From assembly GCF_011386835.1 (NCBI RefSeq), contig NC_088806.1:930001-994000 (forward strand): a DNA stretch of 64,000 bases, read 5' to 3'. Under the pieces are notes generated by a model that had not been told where the DNA came from, made no database searches, and was given only the letters and a program-made list of their open reading frames with translations. How positions within the stretch are numbered: position 1 is the stretch's first letter; each line of letters begins with the position of its first letter. This DNA is from Chrysemys picta bellii (taxonomy: Eukaryota). The position numbers were made by a program, and so were the translations under genes. Of the stretch, positions 12,901 to 24,900 are shown piece by piece.

Positions 12901-15900
12901 CACTGGTTGTTATCTCCCTGGAAGATGTTGATACAACTGCAGAGTGAGTAGCTCCTGTTCCCACTGTCTCACTAGTGGATGTTTCAGATGTAGCGGATGC
13001 AGAAGGTGTTGTTGACAATGTTGTTTCACGGTTGGTAAATGCTGTTGAAGCTGGAGCAGAAACTGTTGTTGCCAGAGTCGTTTCATTGGTGGTGGTTTCA
13101 GAAAGGGTTGTGTGAGAGACAGAAGTCAAGAAGGTGCTATGGGTGGAAGAGAAGGTCACCGTTGGCAGTGGAGAGGATGTTGCTGAGGTTGTCTCACTGT
13201 TGCTTGTTTCCATTGTGGTGTGCACTGAAGATGTTATCTCATTGTGTGTGGATGTCTCTGTCATTGGAAGAGAAGGAGAGCTTGCCATGGTAGTCTCCGT
13301 ACTTGTAAATTCAGTACGAGTTGGATGGGGAGGAACCAATGTCATGGTTGTCTCATTGGAGGTGAATTCAGAGACCGCTGGTTGTGTGACAGTCGTCCTC
13401 AAGGGACTTTCACTGGACGATGCTGTCAGAGTAGACTGGGAAGCCGTCGTCAGACTTTCTTCCCTTGTGGAAATTTGGGCTGTGCTCAGGACCGGAAGGG
13501 AGGTTGCCATGGGAGTCTCACTTTTTGTATATTCACTAAAAGTAGGGGGAAGAAGAGTCGTTGTTAGGGTTGTCTCACTGGTGAAAGTTTCAGGTAGTGT
13601 TGAGAGAGAGACACTGGTTGTTATCTCCCTGGAAGATGTTGATACAACTGCAGACTGAGTAGCTCTTGTTGCCACTGTCTCACTAGTGGATGTTTCAGAT
13701 GTAGCGGACGCAGAAGGTGTTGTTGACAATGTTGTTTCACGGTTGGTAAATGCTGTTGAAGCTGGAGCAGAAACTGTTGTTGCCAGAGTTGTTTCATTGG
13801 TGGTGGTTTCAGAAAGGGTTGTGTGAGAGACGGAAGTCAAGAAGGTGCTATGGGTGGAAGAGAAGGTCACCGTTGGCGGTGGAGAGGATGTTGCTGAGGT
13901 TGTCTCACTGTTGCTTGTTTCCATTGTGGTGTGCACTGAAGATGTTATCTCATTGTGTGTGGATGTCTCCGTCATTGGAAGAGAAGGAGAGCTTGCCAAG
14001 GTAGTCTCCGTACTTGTAAATTCAGTACCAGTTGGATGGGGAGGAACCAATGTCATGGTTGTCTCATTGGAGGTGAATTCAGAGACCGCTGGTTGTGTGA
14101 CAGTCGTCCTCAAGGGACTTTCACTGGACGATGCTGTCAGAGTAGACTGGGAAGCCGTCGTCAGACTTTCTTCCCTTGTGGAAATTTGGGCTGTGCTCAG
14201 GACCGGAAGGGAGGTTGCCATGGGAGTCTCAATTTTTGTATATTCACTAAAAGTAGGGGGAAGAAGAGTCGTTGTTAGGGTTGTCTCACTGGTGAAAGTT
14301 TCAGGTAGTGTTGAGAGAGAGACACTGGTTGTTATCTCCCTGGAAGATGTTGATACAACTGCAGAGTGAGTAGCTCTTGTTCCCACTGTCTCACTAGTGG
14401 ATGTTTCAGATGTAGCGGACGCAGAAGGTGTTGTTGACAATGTTGTTTCACGGTTGGTAAATGCTGTTGAAGCTGGAGCAGAAACTGTTGTTGCCAGAGT
14501 CGTTTCATTGGTGGTGGTTTCAGAAAGGGTTGTGTGAGAGACGGAAGTCAAGAAGGTGCTATGGGTGGAAGAGAAGGTCACCGTTGGCGGTGGAGAGGAT
14601 GTTGCTGAGGTTGTCTCACTGTTGCTTGTTTCCATTGTGGTGTGCACTGAAGATGTTATCTCATTGTGTGTGGATGTCTCTGTCATTGGAAGAGAAGGAG
14701 AGCTTGCCATGGTAGTCTCCGTACTTGTAAATTCAGTACCAGTTGGATGGGGAGGAACCAATGTCATGGTTGTCTCATTGGAGGTGAATTCAGAGACCGC
14801 TGGTTGTGTGACAGTCGTCCTCAAGGGACTTTCACTGGACGATGCTGTCAGAGTAGACTGGGAAGCCGTCGTCAGACTTTCTTCCCTTGTGGAAATTTGG
14901 GCTGTGCTCAGGACCGGAAGGGAGGTTGCCATGGGAGTCTCACTTTTTGTATATTCACTAAAAGTAGGGGGAAGAAGAGTCGTTGTTAGGGTTGTCTCAC
15001 TGGTGAAAGTTTCAGGTAGTGTTGAGAGAGAGAAACTGGTTGTTATCTCCCTGGAAGATGTTGATACAACTGCAGAGTGAGTAGCTGTTGTTCCCACTGT
15101 CTCACTAGTGGATGTTTCAGATGTAGCGGACGCAGAAGGTGTTGTTGACAATGTTGTTTCAGGGTTGGTAAATGCTGTTGAAGCTGGAGCAGAAACTGTT
15201 GTTGCCAGAGTCGTTTCATTGGTGGTGGTTTCAGAAAGGGTTGTGTGAGAGACAGAAGTCAAGAAGGTGCTATGGGTGGAAGAGAAGGTCAACGTTGGCG
15301 GTGGAGAGTATGTTGCTGAGGTTGTCTCACTGTTGCTTGTTTCCATTGTGGTGTGCACTGAAGATGTTATCTCATTGTGTGTGGATGTCTCTGTCATTGG
15401 AAGAGAAGGAGAGCTTGCCAAGGTAGTCTCCGTACTTGTAAACTCAGTACGAGTTGGATGGGGAGGAACCAATGTCATGGTTGTCTCATTGGAGGTGAAT
15501 TCAGAGACCGCTGGTTGTGTGACAGTCGTCCTCAAGGGACTTTCACTGGACGATGCTGTCAGAGTAGACTGGGAAGCCGTCGTCAGACTTTCCTCCCTTG
15601 TGGAAATTTCAACTGTACTCAGGACCGGAAGGGAGGTTGCCATGGGAGTCTCACTTTTTGTATATTCACTAAAAGTAGGGGGAAGAAGAGTCGTTGTTAG
15701 GGTTGTCTCACTGGTGAAAGTTTCAGGTAGTGTTGAGAGAGAGAAACTGGTTGTTATCTCCCTGGAAGATGTTGATACAACTGCAGAGTGAGTAGCTCTT
15801 GTTCCCACTGTCTCACTAGTGGATGTTTCAGATGTAGCGGACGCAGAAGGTGTTGTTGACAATGTTGTTTCAGGGTTGGTAAATGCTGTTGAAGCTGGAG

Positions 15901-18900
15901 CAGAAACTGTTGTTGCCAGAGTCGTTTCATTGGTGGTGGTTTCAGAAAGGGTTGTGTGAGAGAGAGAAGTCAAGAAGGTACTATGGGTGGAAGAGAAGGT
16001 CACCGTTGGCGGTGGAGAGGATGTCGCTGAGGTTGTCTCACTGTTGCTTGTTTCCATTGTGGTGTGCACTGAAGATGTTATCGCATTGTGTGTGGATGTC
16101 TCTGTCATTGGAAGAGAAGGAGAGCTTGCCATGGTAGTCTCCGTACTTGTAAATTCAGTACGAGTTGGATGGGGAGGAACCAATGTCATGGTTGTCTCAT
16201 TGGAGGTGAATTCAGAGACCGCTGGTTGTGTGACAGTCGTCCTCAAGGGACTTTCACTGGACGATGCTGTCAGAGTAGACTGGGAAGCCGTCGTCAGACT
16301 TTCTTCCCTTGTGGAAATTTGGGCTGTGCTCAGGACCGGAAGGGAGGTTGCCATGGGAGTCTCACTTTTTGTATATTCACTAAAAGTAGGGGGAAGAAGA
16401 GTCGTTGTTAGGGTTGTCTCACTGGTGAAAGTTTCAGGTAGTGTTGAGAGAGAGACACTGGTTGTTATCTCCCTAGAAGATGTTGATACAACTGCAGAGT
16501 GAGTAGCTGTTGTTCCCACTGTCTCACTAGTGGATGTTTCAGATGTAGCGGACGCAGAAGGTGTTGTTGACAATGTTGTTTCAGGGTTGGTAAATGCTGT
16601 TGAAGCTGGAGCAGAAACTGTTGTTGCCAGAGTCGTTTCATTGGTGGTGGTTTCAGAAAGGGTCGTGTGAGAGACGGAAGTCAAGAAGGTGCTATGGGTG
16701 GAAGAGAAGGTCACCGTTGGCGGTGGAGAGGATGTTGCTGAGGTTGTCTCACTGTTGCTTGTTTCCATTGTGGTGTGCACTGAAGATGTTATCTCATTGT
16801 GTGTGGATGTCTCTGTCATTGGAAGAGAAGGAGAGCTTGCCATGGTAGTCTCCGTACTTGTAAACTCAGTACGAGTTGGATGGGGAGGAACCAATGTCAT
16901 GGTTGTCTCATTGGAGGTGAATTCAGAGACCGCTGGTTGTGTGACAGTCGTCCTCAAGGGACTTTCACTGGACGATGCTGTCAGAGTAGACTGGGAAGCC
17001 GTCGTCAGACTTTCTTCCCTTGTGGAAATTTCGGCTGTACTCAGGACCGGAAGGGAGGTTGCCATGGGAGTCTCACTTTTTGTATATTCACTAAAAGTAG
17101 GGGGAAGAAGAGTCGTTGTTAGGGTTATCTCACTGGTGAAAGTTTCAGGTAGTGTGGAGAGAGAGACACTGGTTGTTATCTCCCTGGAAGATGTTGATAC
17201 AACTGCAGAGTGAGTAGCTCTTGTTCCCACTGTCTCACTAGTGGATGTTTCAGATGTAGCGGACGCAGAAGGTGTTGTTGACAATGTTGTTTCAGGGTTG
17301 GTAAATGCTGTTGAAGCTGGAGCAGAAACTGTTGTTGCCAGAGTCGTTTCATTGGTGGTGGTTTCAGAAAGGGTTGTGTGAGAGACAGAAGTCAAGAAGG
17401 AACTATGGGTGGAAGAGAAGGTCACCGTTGGCGGTGGAGAGGATGTCGCTGAGGTTGTCTCACTGTTGCTTGTTTCCATTGTGGTGTGCACTGAAGATAT
17501 TATCTCATTGTGTGTGGATGTCTCTGTCATTGGAAGAGAAGGAGAGCTTGCCATGGTAATCTCCGTACTTGTAAATTCAGTACCAGTTGGATGGGGAGGA
17601 ACCAATGTCATGGTTGTCTCATTGGAGGTGAATTCAGAGACCGCTGGTTGTGTGACAGTCGTCCTCATGGGACTTTCACTGGACGATGCTGTCAGAGTAG
17701 ACTGGGAAGCCTTCGTCAGACTTTCTTCCCTTGTGGAAATTTGGGCTGTGCTCAGGACCGGAAGGGAGGTTGCCATGGGAGTCTCACTTTTTGTATATTC
17801 ACTAAAAGTAGGGGGAAGAAGAGTCGTTGTTAGGGTTGTCTCACTGGTGAAAGTTTCAGGTAGTGTTGAGAGAGAGACACTGGTTGTTATCTCCCTGGAA
17901 GATGTTGATACAACTGCAGAGTGAGTAGCTCTTGTTCCCACTGTCTCACTAGTGGATGTTTCAGATGTAGCGGATGCAGAAGGTGTTGTTGACAATGTTG
18001 TTTCACGGTTGGTAAATGCTGTTGAAGCTGGAGCAGAAACTGTTGTTGCCAGAGTCGTTTCATTGGTGGTGGTTTCAGAAAGGGTTGTGTGAGAGACAGA
18101 AGTCAAGAAGGTGCTATGGGTGGAAGAGAAGGTCACCGTTGGCAGTGGAGAGGATGTTGCTGAGGTTGTCTCACTGTTGCTTGTTTCCATTGTGGTGTGC
18201 ACTGAAGATGTTATCTCATTGTGTGTGGATGTCTCTGTCATTGGAAGAGAAGGAGAGCTTGCCAAGGTAGTCTCCGTACTTGTAAACTCAGTACGAGTTG
18301 GATGGGGAGGAACCAATGTCATGGTTGTCTCATTGGAGGTGAATTCAGAGACCGCTGGTTGTGTGACAGTCGTCCTCATGGGACTTTCACTGGACGATGC
18401 TGTCAGAGTAGACTGGGAAGCCGTCGTCAGACTTTCCTCCCTTGTGGAAATTTCAACTGTACTCAGGACCGGAAGGGAGGTTGCCATGGGAGTCTCACTT
18501 TTTGTATATTCACTAAAAGTAGGGGGAAGAAGAGTCGTTGTTAGGGTTATCTCACTGGTGAAAGTTTCAGGTAGTGTGGAGAGAGAGACACTGGTTGTTA
18601 TCTCCCTGGAAGATGTTGATACAACTGCAGAGTGAGTAGCTCTTGTTCCCACTGTCTCACTAGTGGATGTTTCAGATGTAGCGGACGCAGAAGGTGTTGT
18701 TGACAATGTTGTTTCAGGGTTGGTAAATGCTGTTGAAGCTGGAGCAGAAACTGTTGTTGCCAGAGTCGTTTCATTGGTGGTGGTTTCAGAAAGGGTTGTG
18801 TGAGAGAGAGAAGTCAAGAAGGTGCTATGGGTGGAAGAGAAGGTCACCGTTGGCGGTGGAGAGGATGTCGCTGAGGTTGTCTCACTGTTGCTTGTTTCCA

Positions 18901-21900
18901 TTGTGGTGTGCACTGAAGATGTTATCTCATTGTGTGTGGATGTCTCTGTCATTGGAAGAGAAGGAGAGCTTGCCATGGTAGTCTCTGTACTTGTAAACTC
19001 AGTACGAGTTGGATGGGGAGGAACCAATGTCATGGTTGTCTCATTGGAGGTGAATTCAGAGACCGCTGGTTGTGTGACAGTCGTCCTCAAGGGACTTTCA
19101 CTGGACGATGCTGTCAGAGTAGACTGGGAAGCCGTCGTCAGACTTTCTTCCCTTGTGGAAATTTGGGCTGTGCTCAGGACCGGAAGGGAGGTTGCCATGG
19201 GAGTCTCACTTTTTGTATATTCACTAAAAGTAGGGGGAAGAAGAGTCGTTGTTAGGGTTGTCTCACTGGTGAAAGTTTCAGGTAGTGTTGAGAGAGAGAC
19301 ACTGGTTGTTATCTCCCTAGAAGATGTTGATACAACTGCAGAGTGAGTAGCTGTTGTTCCCACTGTCTCACTAGTGGATGTTTCAGATGTAGCGGATGCA
19401 GAAGGTGTTGTTGACAATGTTGTTTCACGGTTGGTAAATGCTGTTGAAGCTGGAGCAGAAACTGTTGTTGCCAGAGTCGTTTCATTGGTGGTGGTTTCAG
19501 AAAGGGTTGTGTGAGAGACAGAAGTCAAGAAGGTGCTATGGGTGGAAGAGAAGGTCACCGTTGGCGGTGGAGAGGATGTTGCTGAGGTTGTCTCACTGTT
19601 GCTTGTTTCCATTGTGGTGTGCACTGAAGATGTTATCTCATTGTGTGTGGATGTCTCTGTCATTGGAAGAGAAGGAGAGCTTGCCATGGTAGTCTCCGTA
19701 CTTGTAAACTCAGTACGAGTTGGATGGGGAGGAACCAATGTCATGGTTGTCTCATTGGAGGTGAATTCAGAGACCGCTGGTTGTGTGACAGTCGTCCTCA
19801 TGGGACTTTCACTGGACGATGCTGTCAGAGTAGACTGGGAAGCCGTCGTCAGACTTTCCTCCCTTGTGGAAATTTCAACTGTACTCAGGACCGGAAGGGA
19901 GGTTGCCATGGGAGTCTCACTTTTTGTATATTCACTAAAAGTAGGGGGAAGAAGAGTCGTTGTTAGGGTTATCTCACTGGTGAAAGTTTCAGGTAGTGTT
20001 GAGAGAGAGACACTGGTTGTTATCTCCCTGGAAGATGTTGATACAACTGCAGAGTGAGTAGCTCTTGTTGCCACTGTCTCACTAGTGGATGTTTCAGATG
20101 TAGCGGACGCAGAAGGTGTTGTTGACAATGTTGTTTCACGGTTGGTAAATGCTGTTGAAGCTGGAACAGAAACTGTTGATGCCAGAGTTGTTTCATTGGT
20201 GGTGGTTTCAGAAAGGGTCGTGTGAGAGACTGAAGTCAAGAAGGTGCTATGGGTGGAAGAGAAGGTCACCGTTGGCGGTGGAGAGGATGTTGCTGAGGTT
20301 GTCTCACTGTTGCTTGTTTCCATTGTGGTGTGCACTGAAGATGTTATCGCATTGTGTGTGGATGTCTCTGTCATTGGAAGAGAAGGAGAGCTTGCCATGG
20401 TCGTCTCCGTACTTGTAAATTCAGTACCAGTTGGATGGGGAGGAACCAATGTCATGGTTGTCTCATTGGAGGTGAATTCAGAGACCGCTGGTTGTGTGAC
20501 AGTCGTCCTCAAGGGATTTTCACTGGACGATGCTGTCAGAGTAGACTGGGAAGCCGTCGTCAGACTTTCCTCCCTTGTGGAAATTTGGGCTGTGCTCAGG
20601 ACCGGAAGGGAGGTTGCCATGGGAGTCTCACTTTTTGTATATTCTCTAAAAGTAGGGGGAAGAAGAGTCGTTGTTAGTGTTGTCTCACTGGTGAAAGTTT
20701 CAGGTAGTGTTGAGAGAGAGACACGGGTTGTTGTCTCCCTGGAAGATGTTGATGCAACTGCAGAGTGAGTAGCTCTTGTTGCCACTGTCTCACTAGTGGA
20801 TGTCTCAGATGTAGCGGACACAGAAGGTGTTGTTGACAATGTTGTTTCAGGGTTGGTAAATGCTGTTGAAGCTGGAGCAGAAACTGTTGTTGCCAGAGTC
20901 GTTTCATTGGTGGTGGTTTCAGAAAGGGTTGTGTGAGAGACAGAAGTCAAGAAGGTGCTATGGGTGGAAGAGAAGGTCACCGTTGGCGGTGGAGAGGATG
21001 TTGCTGAGGCTGTCTCACTGTTGCTTGTTTCCATTGTGGTGTGCACTGAAGATGTGATCACATTGTGTGTGGATGTCTCTGTCATTGGAAGAGAAGGAGA
21101 GCTTGCCATGGTAGTCTCCGTACTTGTAAATTCAGTACCAGTTGGATGGGGAGGAACCAATGTCATGGTTGTCTCACTGGAGGTGAATTCAGAGACCGCT
21201 GGTTGTGTGACAGTCATCCTCATGGGACTTTCACTGGACGATGCTGTCAGAGTAGACTGGGAAGCCGTCGTCAGACTTTCCTCCCTTGTGGAAATTTGGG
21301 CTGTGCTCAGGACCGGAAGGGAGGTTGCCATGGGAGTCTCACTTTTTGTATATTCACTAAAAGTAGGGGGAAGAAGAGTCGTTGTGGTGTGCACTGAAGA
21401 AGGTGTTATGGCATTGTGTGTGGATGTCTCTGTGATTGGAAAAGAATGAGTGCTTGCCATGGTAGTTTCCGTACTTGTGAATTCAGTACCAGTTGGATGA
21501 GGAGGAACCAATGTCACGGTTGTCTTAGTGGTGGTGAATTCAGAGACTACTGGCTGTGTGACGGTGCTGGCCTCGGCAGTGGAGGTCGGGCTGGAAGGGC
21601 TGGGCATGGAGACAGGCTCAGGGACAGTGCTGCCTTCAGCCGCAGAGGTCGGGATGGAACTGCTGGTCATGGAGACAGACGCGGAGATGGTGCTGGTCCC
21701 AGCTGTGGAGGTCGGGCCAGAAGAGATGGGCACGGATTCGGACTCAGAGATGGTGCTCGCGTGAGCCGTGGAGAGCAGGCTGGAAGCACTGGGCATGGAC
21801 AGGGATTCAGTGCTCAGCACTGGAAAGGAGGTTGCCATGGGAGTCTCACTTTTTGTATATTCACTAAAGGTAGTGGGAAGAGAAGTCGTAAGGGTTGTCT

Positions 21901-24900
21901 CACTGGTGAATGTTTCAGGTAGTGTTGGGAGAGAGACACTTGTTGTTATATCCCTGGAAGATGTTGATACAACTGCAGAGTGAGTAGCTCTTGTCACCGC
22001 TGTCTTGCTGGTGGATGTTTCAGACTCAGCGGGCACAGAGGGTTTTGTTGACAAAGTAGTCTCACTGTTGATGAATTCTGTTGAGGCTGGAGGAGAGACC
22101 GTTGTTGCCAGTGTCATTTCTTTGGTGGTGGTTTCAGAAAGGGTCGTGTGAGAGACAGAAGTCAAGAAGGTGCTATGGGTGGAAGAGAAGGTCACCGTTG
22201 GCGGTGGAGAGGATGTTGCTGAGGTTGTCTCTCTGTTGCTTGTTTCCGTTGTGGTGTGCACTGATGATGTTATCGCATTGTGTGTGGATGTCTCTGTCAT
22301 TGGAAGAGAAGGAGAGCTTGCCATGGTAGTCTCCCTACTTGTGAATTCAGTGCCAGTTGGATGGGGAGGAACCAATGTCACGGTTGTCTTAGTGGAGGTG
22401 AATTCAGAGACCGCTGGTTGTGTGACAGTCGTCCTTAGGGGACTTTCACTGGATGATGCTGTCAGAGTAGACTGAGAAGCCGTCATCAGACTTTCTCCTG
22501 TAGCTGTCTCTGAAGAACTGGTGTGTGTCCTTCTCTCTGTGGTGGATAGAGACGTGTTTGGGACCAGAGCAGTGGTTGAGCTCAGAGTCTCTGCGCTGGA
22601 CTGAACCGCTGTGCTGTCTGTTGTCTCACTTGCTGTGAACTCCGTTGTTGTTGGTGTTGACTGGGTCCCTGCTACTGTCGTGATCAGCTCACTAAGTGGG
22701 GAAAATTACCGTGGTGTCATCATTCATGTAACCAGTTACCAATAATGTTTTTCCCATGGACCGCTGCTGAGTCACCCGCCCCACGTCGCTGCAGTGCAAC
22801 CCCGCCTGGCACCGTGCTGGGGCAGTGTGGTAATCACTGACTGCCCAGGGAGAGTGACCCCTGCTAAGGCTCCCACTCCACTCCCTGCTGCATTGAGCCT
22901 CCTAATGCTGCCCTTGGGCCAGCCCTGCCTCCCAGCAGACCGCATCCCCTTCTGAACCTCCCGCCCCGCTCCCTGCCGCACAGCGCCCCCTGGCTCCACC
23001 CTGGGGCCAGCCCCGCCTGCCAGGGGAGAGCTCCCCCTGCTGAGCCCCCCACCCTGCTCCCTTCCCCACAGCGCCCCCTAGCCCCGCCCTGGGACCAGCC
23101 CTGCCTGCCAGGGGAGAGCGCCCCCTGCTGTGACCCCGCCCCGCTCCCTGCCGCACAGCGCCCCCTAGCGCCACCCTGGGGCCAGCCCCGCCTGCCAGGG
23201 GAGAGCGCCCCCTGCTGAGCCCCCCACCCTGCTCCCTGCCCCACAGCGCCCCCTAGCGACGCCCTGGGACCAGCCCTGCCTGCCAGGGGAGAGCGCCTCC
23301 TGCTGTGCCCCCCGCCCCGCTCCCTGCCCCACAGCGCCCCCTAGCACCGCCCTGGGGCCAGCCCTGTCTCCCAGGGGAGAGTGCCCCCTGCTGAGCCCCC
23401 CACTTCCCACAGCTCAGGCTCCCCACTTCTTGCAGCACAGCACCCCCAGTTACCACCATGCTGAGGCATTGGGGTCAGCAGTGACCCAGAGAGGAGACCA
23501 TCCCCTGCCCTGCCTGGCTTTGGAGAGCTGATGAGCTCACGGGATACGGCAGCAGGGAGGAAAGACGTCTAGAGCTCCAGCAGCAGGGAGGCCCCTTGGG
23601 GAGGTGTGAGACTCACCGGCACTGGGGTCCCTGCGTCCCGAGGTAGCACTGCTCCCCTGCTTTGCAGAAGGGGCCGTAGGGGCTGTGGCTGCTGCAGTTG
23701 GAGACGCACATCAGCGTGTTGTTCACGTTGAGCGGGAAGTAATATTTCTGGTACGCCGCGGGAATGTCAGAGTTACTCTGGCAGACCGCTAGGGAGAGGG
23801 GGACGAAAGCCGAGGCAGGTAAATACCGCAGGAAACCAACCCGCCTCCCACCTCCTCCCTGGATGCTCAGACGCTGCTCAGCCAGACGTGTCCCAAGGGA
23901 CTCTCCAGAATGGTAACCGGTCCCAGAGAGTGACCGGATCCCGGGCTACAGGGGAGAAGGCATCTAACGCCTGGGAGCTGCGGCTAGACCGATTCACACT
24001 GCACAGAACATGCACATGGCGGCCGGAACGGCTTCCCCGTGGAGCTGCTGGATTCCCAGAGCCTTTAAATTGAGACTGTATGTCTCCAAACGCTCCGCAC
24101 TAGCTCAGCCAGACGCAAAGATCACTGGGGTCCCTGCATCTGCCGGCCAGACCCTTAGCTGGTGTGAATCTGCTGTGAATCCATTGGCATTGATTGAGCT
24201 GTGATGCAAGTTCGCACCAGCTGCGGCTCTGACCTTACAAACCTATGGGACAGACACCTGGAGTTATACTGGGAGTGACGGGAAGTGGGTGACGAGCAGA
24301 GACAGAGGCTCTGGGTCTTACCTGCTATGTTCAGATTTACTGAGTTGACATGTGTTGCTCCAGGTGCAAAGCATATTTTGTCTGAAAGAAAGAGAGAGGG
24401 AATTGCAAATGTGAGTTGCAGCGTCTGTGTTTTTGGGGGGATCTGGGCCCAGGTTGGTGCGTGTTTAGAGCTATGAGCTGGAGGGCGGGAGAGTGGGGAG
24501 TTCTCACCCAGAATCACAGCTGGGTGGGAAATTCATCCCTATGCCTAGAAAAGTTTTGAAGAGAGCAAAATTGGTTTCTTGCTTCCGTCAAAAAATGTGA
24601 TTAAAAATGTTGGCTGTTGTAAAGGGCCTTTTTAGTGTGTGTCAAAAAACAGTTGCCCTCCAATATACCAGTTTTCCAGCAGAGACAAAAACTAGAGCAT
24701 TTCAGTTTCTAGTAGAAAGAAGCCATTTGCCATCAGACCAAGCCTTTCAGCGGATAGTTTTTGGCCAACGGAATGTCCTGGCTCCTATTCCCGGCACCTA
24801 ATCTGCGGAAGGGGTCCCTGGCAAGGTGTGTCCCACGGGGCCATCAGGGGCACGGCTCGGGACATTGAGTTAGCACGTCACCTGTGTCATTGGATGTGCA

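Noticed and set aside
6200-21340. GTTGCCATGG X-box-like motifs in every 711-bp unit
   Set aside because: Explained by the encoded Pro/Thr-Met-Ala-Thr/Ser codons; no evidence of a regulatory role.
5790-22480. Dozens of recurring plus-strand ORFs (84, 107 and 174 aa) every 711 bp
   Set aside because: Antisense shadows of the Thr/Ser-codon repeat; they only mirror the array period.
22770-23470. A signal-peptide, TM or Cys-containing exon between exons 8 and 9 (e.g. [10 protein letters not shown]..., DYHTAPARC...)
   Set aside because: No hydrophobic core, cysteines do not fit the EGF pattern, and donor phases are incompatible with the phase-2 acceptor at 22692.
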